The notes under the pieces are model-generated. The model worked only from the letters and a program-made list of their open reading frames with translations, searched no databases and was not told the DNA's origin. This document shows positions 1-9,605 of a DNA stretch of 64,000 nt, piece after piece (position 1 is the stretch's first letter; each line of letters begins with the position of its first letter). The DNA comes from Acidobacteriota bacterium (GTDB lineage: Bacteria; Acidobacteriota; UBA890; WLXD01). A program made the position numbers and the translations under genes. The DNA is taken from positions 352,001 through 416,000 of the forward strand of contig CAXWPH010000012.1 of assembly GCA_963666055.2 (NCBI GenBank), given 5' to 3'.

Positions 1-15
1 AAGAGAGGGTGAACG

Positions 16-1407
16 ATGGCGACGATGGATAAGGACGTGCTCGACTCCGAAGACATCTGGCGCAAGGATCGCGACCACCTATTGCATCCCTGGACCCATT
101 TCGATTCGTTTCGTGACGAGGGCTCGCTGGCCATCGCGCGCGGCGACGGCTGCTACATCTTCGACACCGACGGCCGCCGCTACCTGGACGCTAACGGCGG
201 GCTGTGGTGCAACAACATCGGGCTTGGCCGCAAGGAGATGGCCACCGCCATCGCAGATCAGGTCGAGCGGCTGGCGTATTCCAACACCTTCTCCGACATG
301 ACCAGCGTGCCGGCCGCGGAGCTTGCGGCGAAACTGGCCGAGATCGCGCCCGGAAGCCTCAACCACGTCTTCTTCACCACCGGCGGCTCGCAGGCGATCG
401 ACACCGCGTACCGGCTCATCCAGTTCTATCAGCGCACGCGCGACAAGGCCGAGAAGCGACACATCATCTCCCGCGACGGCTCCTATCACGGCTCGACATA
501 CATGGCGATGTCGATCGGCGGGAAAAAAGCCGACCATATCCCGCAGTTTGATTACGAAACCGAAACGATTCACCACGTGTCGGCACCCAACTGCTACCGC
601 GCCCCCGATGGCATGTCGGAGAGCGAGTTCTGCGATCACCTCATCGACGAGCTCGAGGACCAGATCCAACAGCTTGGGCCAGACAAGGTCGCCGCCTTCT
701 TCGCCGAGCCCATCATGGGTGCAGGAGGCGTGATCGTGCCGCCAGCCGACTATCACCGCCGCACACGGGAGGTATGTACAGAGCACGACGTGCTGTACGT
801 GAGCGATGAGGTGGTAACCGGGTTCGGTCGTCTCGGGCAATGGTTCTCGGCCAAAGACGTGTTCGGCATCGAGCCTGACCTGATCACCTGCGCCAAGGGC
901 ATCACCTCTGGCTACCTGCCGCTGGGTGCACTGCTGTATTCGGATGAGATTCACGAGGTCATCAACGGCCCGGACCCCGACCGCGTGTTCGCTCACGGGT
1001 TTACCTATTCCGGGCACCCCGTATGCTGTGCAGCGGCGCTCGAGAACATCCGCATCATGGAAGACGAGCGCATCCTGGAGGGCGTGCGCGAGACTGGCCC
1101 CTATCTGCAGGAGCGTCTGCGAGGGCTCCTCGAGCTGCCGACGGTAGGCGACGTGCGCGGCCACCATCTGATGGCCTGTGTCGAAAGCGTCGAGGACAAG
1201 GCCACAAAGACGCCGTTTCCCGCCAGCGTCAATATTGGCAAGCGCGTTTCGAGCAAGTGTCAGGAGGCCGGGCTCATCGTGCGCCCCATCGCCCACCTGA
1301 ACGTCCTCTCCCCCTCGCTCATCATCACGCGTGAGGAGATCGACTTCTGTGTCGATACGCTTACCGAAGCAATGATCGCCGTCGGCAAGGATCTCGGTAT
1401 CACCTAA
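16..1407 (+). CDS. Class III PLP-dependent aminotransferase (omega-amino acid/polyamine transaminase family)
   Basis: YLDANGGLWC, FFAEPIMGAGG, DEVVTGFGRLG and PDLITCAKGITSGYLPLG (PLP Lys) motifs; GAGG upstream of the ATG. Confidence 0.9.
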   Translation: MATMDKDVLDSEDIWRKDRDHLLHPWTHFDSFRDEGSLAIARGDGCYIFDTDGRRYLDANGGLWCNNIGLGRKEMATAIADQVERLAYSNTFSDMTSVPAAELAAKLAEIAPGSLNHVFFTTGGSQAIDTAYRLIQFYQRTRDKAEKRHIISRDGSYHGSTYMAMSIGGKKADHIPQFDYETETIHHVSAPNCYRAPDGMSESEFCDHLIDELEDQIQQLGPDKVAAFFAEPIMGAGGVIVPPADYHRRTREVCTEHDVLYVSDEVVTGFGRLGQWFSAKDVFGIEPDLITCAKGITSGYLPLGALLYSDEIHEVINGPDPDRVFAHGFTYSGHPVCCAAALENIRIMEDERILEGVRETGPYLQERLRGLLELPTVGDVRGHHLMACVESVEDKATKTPFPASVNIGKRVSSKCQEAGLIVRPIAHLNVLSPSLIITREEIDFCVDTLTEAMIAVGKDLGIT

Positions 1408-1445
1408 TGGCCTGTAACAGGCCGGTCCGGGTCGACAGTTGCGGA

Positions 1446-3056
1446 TCAGAGTCGGAAGGCGCGACGACTCGATTCCTCGTAAAGACGCCGGCTGACGTCG
1501 GCCGCCACCGCAGTCTCCAGATACGGTATGACGATCGTGTAGCCGATCATCTCGGCCCCGGCGACATCGACCAGGACCGACGCCATGCGGTTGCGTCGGT
1601 CGAAAGGCGATTCTTCCCGACCAACCGTCTGGATCTTGTCGTAGCGCACGATCTTCGTCGTCCGTTCCCACCAACCACTCTTGAGCAGCAGCCCCCAGGT
1701 GGTAAGCGCGTAGCCAGCGTGCTTCACGTACAGGCGTGAATGCATGTAGGCAAGCACCGCCGCCGCCGCACCAAGTGCCACCGCCCAGGGATCGAGGAAC
1801 ACCGCACCGACCACCGTCAGGACCGTCACCAAGGCGACCCAGCGCTTGAACACCCGGCGCCAAGCGCGCCGAGCGATCGGCTCCCATTGCACCTCTTCGA
1901 GTTTCACCTGAGGCAACACCTCGCGCAACAGCTGCGGCACTCCAGAGGTCGGGATCATCGGGGCCAGCCAACGACCCTGGGTCTTCGGCCCGCCATCTTC
2001 GAAGTCCGCCTCCTCGCTGCCACCGCCGACCGTCCGCAGCTCGACTGACTGGCGGTTGAATAAACGATGCAACGGCGATTCGATCGTCTTGAGCATCTGA
2101 ATTCGCAGTCGGGGAATAGTGCGCGAGACGCGGTTGAACAGGCCGTATTCGACGCGCAGATCGTCGCCGCGCCGCGTCAACGTGAAGTCGTGCAGTTGAA
2201 ACAAGAACCAGCCGATCGAGAACACGCGCAACAAGAAGGCCGCAACCAGGAGAATGGTCAGACCGATGAAAGCCACCACCAGCACCGGACTGCCCCAGGC
2301 CGTCTCCAACCAGGCGCGCGCCGATCCGGTCCAGCGTTCCGCGCCGTCGGTCCAATCGAGCTCCCACCAGCCATCTTGCTGCCAGAGCAGCCCGACAGCA
2401 GCCCCGACGACCACCAGGCCTCTGTTGGAAATGACACCGAGCTTGACGAGCTCGAGCGCCGGGGTCTCGAGCAGCGTACGGCGGGGCGCCACGGCGCTCC
2501 GGTCGGACGGTGCGGCGGCACTCTCGCACGCCACATATGCCACGTCACCAGCTTCGTCTCGAGCTCCGAATACGCGCCCGCGCATCTCTTCCACGGCTTC
2601 CAACGACAGCACCCGGATCACCGCTTCGGGCTTACCGCCGCTGGCAGTCTCGACCCGCACGAGAGCTACCTTGAGCAAACGATGAAACGGGTTCTGCACC
2701 AGGTCGATGTTCTGGATGCGGGCATAGGGGATGTGGCGCTCCGTCTTGGTGAGCACCCCCTCGCGCACCACCATCTCGTCGTCGGCAAAGCCGTAGCGGA
2801 AGACGATGCACTGGACGACCGCTCTGACCGCCAGCGGCACAATGAGCACCGACGCCCACAGCTCGTAGTTCACGCCGCCCGACGCGAACAGCACCAGGAT
2901 GGCGGGCACGATGAAGCCCTTGGCAAAGTTGGCGGTCGCGAACAGCCACGACAGCGGGTGAAGGCGACGATCAGCCCAGGTCGCGTCTCTGCCAGGCGGA
3001 ATGCCGAGATCCAGGTCGCTTGAATGATCCTCAGACTGCAATTCGATCGCTGCCAT
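1446..3056 (-). CDS. YdbT-like membrane protein with bacterial PH (bPH_2) domains
   Basis: RLHPLS N-terminus, repeated 'IP..RIQ.....Q/E.P..RL' units separated by TM segments; paired with a YdbS-like gene. Confidence 0.8.
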   Translation of the reverse strand: MAAIELQSEDHSSDLDLGIPPGRDATWADRRLHPLSWLFATANFAKGFIVPAILVLFASGGVNYELWASVLIVPLAVRAVVQCIVFRYGFADDEMVVREGVLTKTERHIPYARIQNIDLVQNPFHRLLKVALVRVETASGGKPEAVIRVLSLEAVEEMRGRVFGARDEAGDVAYVACESAAAPSDRSAVAPRRTLLETPALELVKLGVISNRGLVVVGAAVGLLWQQDGWWELDWTDGAERWTGSARAWLETAWGSPVLVVAFIGLTILLVAAFLLRVFSIGWFLFQLHDFTLTRRGDDLRVEYGLFNRVSRTIPRLRIQMLKTIESPLHRLFNRQSVELRTVGGGSEEADFEDGGPKTQGRWLAPMIPTSGVPQLLREVLPQVKLEEVQWEPIARRAWRRVFKRWVALVTVLTVVGAVFLDPWAVALGAAAAVLAYMHSRLYVKHAGYALTTWGLLLKSGWWERTTKIVRYDKIQTVGREESPFDRRNRMASVLVDVAGAEMIGYTIVIPYLETAVAADVSRRLYEESSRRAFRL

Positions 3057-3624
3057 CGATCAGGTAGTCGCGGATGTGCATCGCCACCTCGTGTGGCAGA
3101 CCCCGTAGAGTTACCGAAGAGTCTTGCGTACCGGCCGTGTGGATGACCAGGCTGGCAAGGCCATAGCCACGTTGCAGCGGGCCCTGCGACACGTCGGTAT
3201 GCTGCACGCGCGCCTTTGGCACCGACGTCACCGAACGCCAGAACACTCCTCGGTAAACGGTAAAGCCGTTGTCGTCGACGCGATACCGAATATGGTCGTA
3301 GCGGACGCGCGGCCAGCGGTAGCACAACACCCCGGCAAGCGCCGCCAGCACCACCCAACTGGCGAGGGCCGCCAGTTTGAGTGCACCGCTCAGCGGGGTC
3401 GCCAGGACGACCACGAGCACGGCGATCAGCAGGATCATGGCAACCGCTACCGCCCAGATCGCGGCGGTGAGCTGGGCCGCGACGACCGACTTGGGATGCA
3501 GCCGATACCGGCGGCCGTCGATGACAGTGTCCTGGGGATTGGCGTCCTGGGGATCAGGCTCGTTCTCGCTGACGATGCGCGCCGCATCTGCCGCCAGCTC
3601 CGTTTTCCCCACGTCGACTGCCAT
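3031..3624 (-). CDS. YdbS-like PH-domain membrane protein
   Basis: Two TM helices followed by 'VPKARVQHTDVSQGPLQRGYGLASLVIHTAG'; overlaps the ydbT-like gene. Confidence 0.8.
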   Translation of the reverse strand: MAVDVGKTELAADAARIVSENEPDPQDANPQDTVIDGRRYRLHPKSVVAAQLTAAIWAVAVAMILLIAVLVVVLATPLSGALKLAALASWVVLAALAGVLCYRWPRVRYDHIRYRVDDNGFTVYRGVFWRSVTSVPKARVQHTDVSQGPLQRGYGLASLVIHTAGTQDSSVTLRGLPHEVAMHIRDYLIDGSDRIAV

Positions 3625-3762
3625 GCGGAGATCCTAGCAGTCGCAGGTCGGTACGGATCCTCGCGTACTCTGCGCGCGCCTCTGTGGCCTGGGCGAGCGT
3701 AGTCGCCAAGCATCGCGGCGTCGAGTCGACCGCGGACCCGTGTCCAAGATCGGCACCGTGGC

Positions 3763-4371
3763 TCAGTGCGACGCACGCCGCCGCCCCAGCTCGGCGAGCA
3801 CATCTGCGAGCGTGACGCCGACGCCGCGGCATGCCACCAGCGCGTGGTAGAGCAGGTCGGCTGCTTCGCCGACGATCTCCGCGCGGCGGCCCCGGCTGAG
3901 CGCCACGGCCAACTCGACCGCCTCCTCGCCGAGCTTCTTACCTGCCATGTTCGGGTCCGCGAGCAACCTGGCAGTGTAGCTATCCGCCGTCGCCGACTGT
4001 GCGCGGTCGGCGATCACATCGTCGAGCTCGACCAGCGTGGGGACACCATCGAAACAGCCACGCTCCCCGGTGTGGCAAGCAGGCCCGGCTGGCCGTACCC
4101 GAGCCAGCAGGGCGTCGGCATCACAATCGGCGTGGAGGCTCACGAGCTCCTGGACGTTGCCGCTGGTGGCGCCCTTGTGCCACAGCTCCTGCCGCGATCG
4201 GGAGTGAAAGTGCATCTGGCCGCTGGCGAGCGTGCGCTCCACCGCTTCGCGATCGGCATAGGCGAGCATCAGCAACGTGCCGGTCCAGGCGTCCTGTACC
4301 ACAACGGGAACCAGGCCGGCTCCCTTGTCGAAGTCGATCGCAGCAACCTGTTCCACGACGCGTATATGCAT
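3763..4371 (-). CDS. hisIE: Bifunctional phosphoribosyl-AMP cyclohydrolase / phosphoribosyl-ATP pyrophosphatase
   Basis: [31 protein letters not shown] and KKLGEEAVE...EAADLLYH motifs. Confidence 0.95.
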   Translation of the reverse strand: MHIRVVEQVAAIDFDKGAGLVPVVVQDAWTGTLLMLAYADREAVERTLASGQMHFHSRSRQELWHKGATSGNVQELVSLHADCDADALLARVRPAGPACHTGERGCFDGVPTLVELDDVIADRAQSATADSYTARLLADPNMAGKKLGEEAVELAVALSRGRRAEIVGEAADLLYHALVACRGVGVTLADVLAELGRRRASH

Positions 4372-4446
4372 GGCGTTCTCCTAGTGTCCTGAGTGGCGGG
4401 CCTGGCGACAGGGTGGTGGCCGACCGCGCACCTCCACGACGGCGTA

Positions 4447-5256
4447 CTAGCGAACCTCGATCCCCTCGAGTCGCAGTGCGGCCTTTACCTCGTGGACGCT
4501 GACGGCTCCACTGTGAAAGATGCCGGCGGCGAGCGCCGCCTCGACGTCGACCTGCTGGAACACGTCGACGAAGTGTTGCGGCCCACCAGCACCACCGCTG
4601 GCGATCACCGGAACGTCGACCACCTGTCGAATGGCACGCGTAAGCCCGACGTCAAAGCCTGTGCGCACGCCGTCGTGATCAATGCTCGTAATGAGAATCT
4701 CGCCGGCACCAAGCTCAGCGCAGCGCTCGGCCCACTCTGTCGCAACCAACCCGGTGGCCCGGCGTCCGCCGTGCGTGTAGACGGTCGCAGCGGCATCGCC
4801 GTCACCCTTCGTCGGGCCGCGTTCCCCCGCCCCGGAGCCATCGCCGCTGGGCGAACACACCCTGGCGTCAATGCTCGCGACAATGCACTGCGCTCCGAAC
4901 TTGGCGGCGGCGGCGGTCAGCAACGGTGGATCGTGGACCGCGGCGGAGTTCACCGAGACCTTGTCGGCGCCACTGCGCAACAGCCGTCCAACGTCGTCGA
5001 CGCTGCGGATTCCGCCGCCCACGGTCAGCGGAATGAACAGTCGTTCGGCGGTCTGCCGCACCACATCGAGCACGGTGCCACGCTCTTGCACCGAGGCCGA
5101 CACATCCAGGAAGATGATCTCGTCGGCCCCTTGCTGCTGATAGCGGTCCGCCAGCTGCACCGGATCGCCGACCTCGCGCAGCTCACGAAAGCGCGTCCCC
5201 TTGACGACACGGTCACCGCTCACATCGAGACAAACGATGACGCGCTTGCGGAGCAT
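4447..5256 (-). CDS. hisF: Imidazole glycerol phosphate synthase cyclase subunit
   Basis: KRVIVCLDV, GADEIIFLDVSA, PLTVGGGIRS, GAGEILITSIDHDG and PVIASGGAG motifs. Confidence 0.97.
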   Translation of the reverse strand: MLRKRVIVCLDVSGDRVVKGTRFRELREVGDPVQLADRYQQQGADEIIFLDVSASVQERGTVLDVVRQTAERLFIPLTVGGGIRSVDDVGRLLRSGADKVSVNSAAVHDPPLLTAAAAKFGAQCIVASIDARVCSPSGDGSGAGERGPTKGDGDAAATVYTHGGRRATGLVATEWAERCAELGAGEILITSIDHDGVRTGFDVGLTRAIRQVVDVPVIASGGAGGPQHFVDVFQQVDVEAALAAGIFHSGAVSVHEVKAALRLEGIEVR

Positions 5257-5825
5257 CAGGTCTCGCCCTCGACGACCACCGCGCCCTTCGTGCTGAACAC
5301 CACACCCTGGTCAACGAGAGCGCTTCGTAGCGCCAGCCCCAACGCCTTGAAGGCGGCCTCGACCACATGGTGCCTGTCGCTGCCGCGCAGCACCCGCAGG
5401 TGCAGCGTCCAGCGAGCGTTGTCTGACAACGAGCGCATGAAGTGCTCGTAGTGACGATCGGGCAACGGCCCGTCGTAAAAGTGGCGTCCGCCGACGTCGA
5501 CGGCCACCTGCACCAGCGCGTCGTCCATGGGCACTGTCGCCTCGCCGTAGCGGCGGCAGGTGTCGGGCTGCGCCGCAGCAAAGGCCAGGCCGAGCGTGAT
5601 GGCCACATCCTCAACCATATGGTGCTCGAGATCACCGGTGGCGGTTACCGACAGGTCAATGCCGGCATAGCGGGACAGCGTCTCGAGCATATGGGTCAGG
5701 AAACCGCTGTCGGTCCGTATGCTGGACCGCTTGTCGTTCCCCGCGTCATCTTGGTCGGAACTGGCGTACAGACCCAGCGCCAGCTCGATATCAGTCTCGT
5801 TTGTCTTGCGTGTGATGGTCGTCAT
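5256..5825 (-). CDS. hisB: Imidazoleglycerol-phosphate dehydratase (monofunctional, compact)
   Basis: RKTNETDI, DLEHHMVEDVAI, PMDDAL, HHVVEAAFKA and STKG motifs; no phosphatase domain. Confidence 0.93.
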   Translation of the reverse strand: MTTITRKTNETDIELALGLYASSDQDDAGNDKRSSIRTDSGFLTHMLETLSRYAGIDLSVTATGDLEHHMVEDVAITLGLAFAAAQPDTCRRYGEATVPMDDALVQVAVDVGGRHFYDGPLPDRHYEHFMRSLSDNARWTLHLRVLRGSDRHHVVEAAFKALGLALRSALVDQGVVFSTKGAVVVEGET

Positions 5826-6535
5826 TGCCAGTAGGCTCCGCGCAGCTGCTCGACGCTGATAGCGCCGGTGTAGAGGGAAGTGCCGACAACGGCCTCGGCA
5901 ACACCCGCCTCCTGCAGGCGTGCCAGATCGTCCATGGTGGTGATGCTGCCGGCGGCAATCAGCGGATGGCGAGTCTCCGCAAGCAGGGTCTTGAAGAGTG
6001 CTGTATCGACTCCGGACAAGGTTCCCTCGCGACCCACGTCAGTGACCAGCACCGCCGCCAGGGCGAGCTCATCGCATGCCCGCAGGAGGCCGGCAGGCGT
6101 AGACCGCGTATCACATTGCCACCCGTCGACAACCACCGACCCGGCACGCACGTCTGCTGCCAGCACGACGAAGTCCGGATGGCTCTCCACCAACGCGGCC
6201 AGCCAGGCCGGGTCCCGCACGGCGCGCGTGCCGACCACGACGCGCGCAGCGCCAGCCCGCTTCCAGCGCTCCACGTCGCCGCGACTGCGGATACCGCCGC
6301 CCACCTGGACGGGCACCTGAGCGGCGCCGAGAAGGGCCTCGAGGATCGCCCCGTTACCTCCTCGTCCCAGCGCGGCATCGAGGTCGATGACATGCAGCGC
6401 CGGCGCTCCGGCAGCCATCCAGTCCGCCGCCACCTGAGCAGGGTCGGGCAAGCGTAGACGCTCGCGCGCCGGATCGCCCTGCACCAGTTGCACGACGTGA
6501 CCGTCGAGCAGGTCGATCGCTGCGTGCACGATCAC
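5822..6535 (-). CDS. hisA: ProFAR isomerase
   Basis: AIDLLDGHVVQLVQG, LHVIDLDAA, VQVGGGIRS and TDVGREGTLSG motifs; lies within the his operon. Confidence 0.93.
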   Translation of the reverse strand: MIVHAAIDLLDGHVVQLVQGDPARERLRLPDPAQVAADWMAAGAPALHVIDLDAALGRGGNGAILEALLGAAQVPVQVGGGIRSRGDVERWKRAGAARVVVGTRAVRDPAWLAALVESHPDFVVLAADVRAGSVVVDGWQCDTRSTPAGLLRACDELALAAVLVTDVGREGTLSGVDTALFKTLLAETRHPLIAAGSITTMDDLARLQEAGVAEAVVGTSLYTGAISVEQLRGAYWQ

Positions 6536-7179
6536 CGCAACCCCCGGGCCGCCGCGATGAAGTTGCGGAGCATTTGCAGGCCGGCCGCGGCACTCTTCTC
6601 CGGATGGAACTGCGTGCCCCAGGTGTTGGCGACACGCACCACGGCGGGAAACCGGTCGCCCTCATAGTCCGACCAGGCGATCACCTGGCCGCCCACCGGC
6701 GGCGGGACAACGTACCTGTTGGCGTAGTAGACAACAGGCGATTCGACGCCGACGAGGAGTGGGTCATCTGCACTACTTGTCGCTGCGGCCGTGAACTCGT
6801 TGCCGAGCCCTGCTTCGAGCGCAATGCTGTTCCAGCCCATCTGCGGCGTGCGCCGCACCCGCAGACGCCGTACGGTCCCGGGCAGCAGGCCTATTCCAGC
6901 TCCGGCGGCCTCCTCGCTGCGGTCGTAGAGCAACTGCATGCCGAGGCAGATGCCCAGGCAAGGATGCCCATCAATCAGTCGTTCCCGGATACTGTGGACC
7001 GACTCCCCGAGCCGCTCGGCGGCGGCGCCGAAGGCTCCTACTCCCGGCAACACCAGCGCCGATTCCCGCAAGGCGGCGGTAGCGTCCGTGCACACCCTTA
7101 CCTCGGCTCCGCCGGCCTGCAGCGCCTTGCCGAGCGAGTGCAGGTTACCGACGCCGAAGTCCAGTAACGCGACCCTCAT
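6532..7179 (-). CDS. hisH: Imidazole glycerol phosphate synthase glutaminase subunit
   Basis: DFGVGNLHS, LPGVGAF, GICLGMQ (catalytic Cys) and QFHPEKS motifs. Confidence 0.95.
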   Translation of the reverse strand: MRVALLDFGVGNLHSLGKALQAGGAEVRVCTDATAALRESALVLPGVGAFGAAAERLGESVHSIRERLIDGHPCLGICLGMQLLYDRSEEAAGAGIGLLPGTVRRLRVRRTPQMGWNSIALEAGLGNEFTAAATSSADDPLLVGVESPVVYYANRYVVPPPVGGQVIAWSDYEGDRFPAVVRVANTWGTQFHPEKSAAAGLQMLRNFIAAARGLR

Positions 7180-9605
7180 CGCGCCGCCTCCGCGAGAACG
7201 GCATCCATCGCCACCAGCAACCGCTTCATGAGGTCGGACGGGCCGACGGTAATGCGTACACAGTCGCCGACCGAAAGCCCCGGGAACGCGCGTACGCCGA
7301 CGCCTCGAGCACGCAGCGCCGCCTCGAGCTCGACAGCGCTATCGACGCGTTCCGACACGCCGACCAGGAGGAAGTTGGCAGACGATGGCCACACGCGCAT
7401 TCCTCGCGCCTGGAGCGCGCCGCTCAGCACCTCGCGGTGTCTCGCGACGCGGCACACGATATCGCGTCGCCACGCAGCATCTGCGCGCAGCGTGCGCACG
7501 GCCAACCGCTCAGCCAGCGCGTTGAGCTTGTAGGGGCCTCGCGCTCGCTCGATCTCGGCCACCAATCGCGGTGGACCCACCGCGTAGCCAACGCGCAGCC
7601 CCGCCAACCCGGCAACCTTCGAAAACGTTCGTAGCACCACGGTATTGCGCGATGCTGCTGCCCAGGGTGCGAGCGAAGGCTCGGGCGCGAAGTCGATGTA
7701 GGCTTCATCCAACAGCATGATTCCGGCAAGTCGGGAAGCGAGGCGCTGCGTCGCCTCTCGGTTGGCGAGCACACCGGCGGGATTCTCCGGGCGGCACAGA
7801 TAGGTGGCCGGTGCGCGCAGCGCCGCGAGCGCCTCGAGGTCGGGTTGCAAATCAGCGCCGGTCGGCACCGGGAGCCGGCGAATGTCGTTGACTTGCGCGA
7901 AGGCGGCGATCATCGAGAAGGTCGGCTCGCTGTGCGCCAGGGTACCGCCGGGCTCGACGAAGGCACGTAGCGCGGCGTCCAGTAGATCATCGGATCCGCA
8001 GCCGGTAGCAATGCACTCCTCACCCACCCCGAGCTCTTCCGCCAGGGCCTGCTTGAGCCCGTCGCCATACACGCTCGGGTAGCGCAACAGCGTCTCGTCA
8101 TCGACCTCGGCAAGGCCGGTGCGCACGGCGGGTGCCAGCCCGAACAGGCTGGTGTTGTCGCTCAGCTCCACTTCCGCGTCTCGACGTCCAGGGGCATAGA
8201 GCGGTAACCGTCGAATGTTGTCACGAGCTTGAGGCTCGGCACGCTCTTGTCGTCGATTCGGCGCCGCCGGCGCTCCTTGTCGCGCGGCGGCGGCGGCGTG
8301 CGCTGGCAACCCCTCGAGATCCGCCAGCGTAGACGCGGTGGTGGCAAGAGCCACGGCGACCGCCCGATCGATCCGTTGGAAGCTCGTCCAGCGCATGAAG
8401 GCGTCGGTTGACAGGCCCGAATAGGTGCGTGCCCGCCCGCCGGTCGGCAGCACGTGGTTCGAGCCGCTTGCGTAGTCGCCGAAGGTGACCGAGCTGTGCG
8501 CGCCGAGGAACACGCTACCCGCGAAGCGCACGCGCTCGGCAGCCTCCTCCGCCAGCCGACCCACCGCAAGCAAGTGCTCCGGCGCGTACGCGTCAGCGAA
8601 GTCGCGCGCCTCCTCCATCGAGTCGACCAGTAGCAGTGCGCCGCGCGTCGCCACTGACTCCTCGATCGTGGCCCGCGTCGTGGCCGCCATCCGACGCGAC
8701 ATTTCGGTCACCGCCTCGTCGATCTCCTCAGCGAGGCCACGGTCGTCGGTGATCACACACACAGCCGCGCGCGGATCGTGCTCTGCTTGTGCCAGCACCT
8801 CTGCGGCCACCAGACCGGGGTCGACATCGCCGTCTGCGATCACCAGCAGCTCGGAGGGCCCGGCCGGACAGTCAATCGCAACCTCGGCTCCGAGCTGCAA
8901 CTTGGCTTCCTCGACCCACGCGTTGCCCGGTCCGACGATCTTGTCGACTGGCGCAATGGTTGCGGTTCCCAGCGCCATCGCGGCGACCGCGCCGGCGCCA
9001 CCGACAGCGAACAGCCGATCAGCGCCGGCAATCCGGCAGGCGGCGAGGACAGCAGGTGACGGCATACCATCAGAACGCGGCGGCGAGCATACGATGATCT
9101 CGTCGACTCCCGCCACCCGAGCTGGGATCACACACATCAGGACGCTGCTCGGGTAGGCTGCCCGCCCGCCCGGAGCGTAGGCGCCTATGCGTCGAAGCGG
9201 TACGGGACGGCGCTCGACTCGAACGCCCACTTGCGCCTCGACAACCGTCGAACGTGGGCGCTGCGCCTCATGCACCGCTGCGATTGCCTCGGAGGCACGC
9301 TCCAGCGCGACGCGCGCCTCCAGGTCGAGGCCCTCCAGCGCCTCGCTCCAGGCAGCGGGTGCTACCTCTAGATTCTCCAGCTGCGCGCCATCGAACTGTC
9401 GCGCTAGGCGCCGCAGCGCCTCGTCTCCATCGCGCCGAACTTCCGCGATGATGCCGCGCACGGTGTCAACGATCTCCCCGTCGCGCCCCCCCGCACGCTC
9501 CAGCAAGCACCGTAGTGCCGTGTCGTCCAGCTCGGCGAGCGGCCCGCGAACCCTGAACAACGACGCGTTGGAGCCGCTCTCACGTGCCGAAGAGCCCACC
9601 GTCAT
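7176..9605 (-). CDS. hisD: Fused histidinol dehydrogenase - histidinol-phosphate aminotransferase (HisD-HisC), about 809 aa
   Basis: ATG at 9605 overlaps the hisG stop (ATGA). HisD motifs PAGPSE, QAEHD, APEHL, GDYASGSNHVLPT and EGLPAH continue in frame into HisC motifs LSDNT, GSDDLL, LDEAY and RTFSKVAGLAGLRVGY. Confidence 0.9.
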   Translation of the reverse strand: MTVGSSARESGSNASLFRVRGPLAELDDTALRCLLERAGGRDGEIVDTVRGIIAEVRRDGDEALRRLARQFDGAQLENLEVAPAAWSEALEGLDLEARVALERASEAIAAVHEAQRPRSTVVEAQVGVRVERRPVPLRRIGAYAPGGRAAYPSSVLMCVIPARVAGVDEIIVCSPPRSDGMPSPAVLAACRIAGADRLFAVGGAGAVAAMALGTATIAPVDKIVGPGNAWVEEAKLQLGAEVAIDCPAGPSELLVIADGDVDPGLVAAEVLAQAEHDPRAAVCVITDDRGLAEEIDEAVTEMSRRMAATTRATIEESVATRGALLLVDSMEEARDFADAYAPEHLLAVGRLAEEAAERVRFAGSVFLGAHSSVTFGDYASGSNHVLPTGGRARTYSGLSTDAFMRWTSFQRIDRAVAVALATTASTLADLEGLPAHAAAAARQGAPAAPNRRQERAEPQARDNIRRLPLYAPGRRDAEVELSDNTSLFGLAPAVRTGLAEVDDETLLRYPSVYGDGLKQALAEELGVGEECIATGCGSDDLLDAALRAFVEPGGTLAHSEPTFSMIAAFAQVNDIRRLPVPTGADLQPDLEALAALRAPATYLCRPENPAGVLANREATQRLASRLAGIMLLDEAYIDFAPEPSLAPWAAASRNTVVLRTFSKVAGLAGLRVGYAVGPPRLVAEIERARGPYKLNALAERLAVRTLRADAAWRRDIVCRVARHREVLSGALQARGMRVWPSSANFLLVGVSERVDSAVELEAALRARGVGVRAFPGLSVGDCVRITVGPSDLMKRLLVAMDAVLAEAAR

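Noticed and set aside
79-2529. Long antisense and alternative-frame ORFs (816 aa here, and many others in the track)
   Set aside because: They are shadow ORFs of real genes in high-GC DNA, with Arg/Pro/Ala-rich composition and no motifs.
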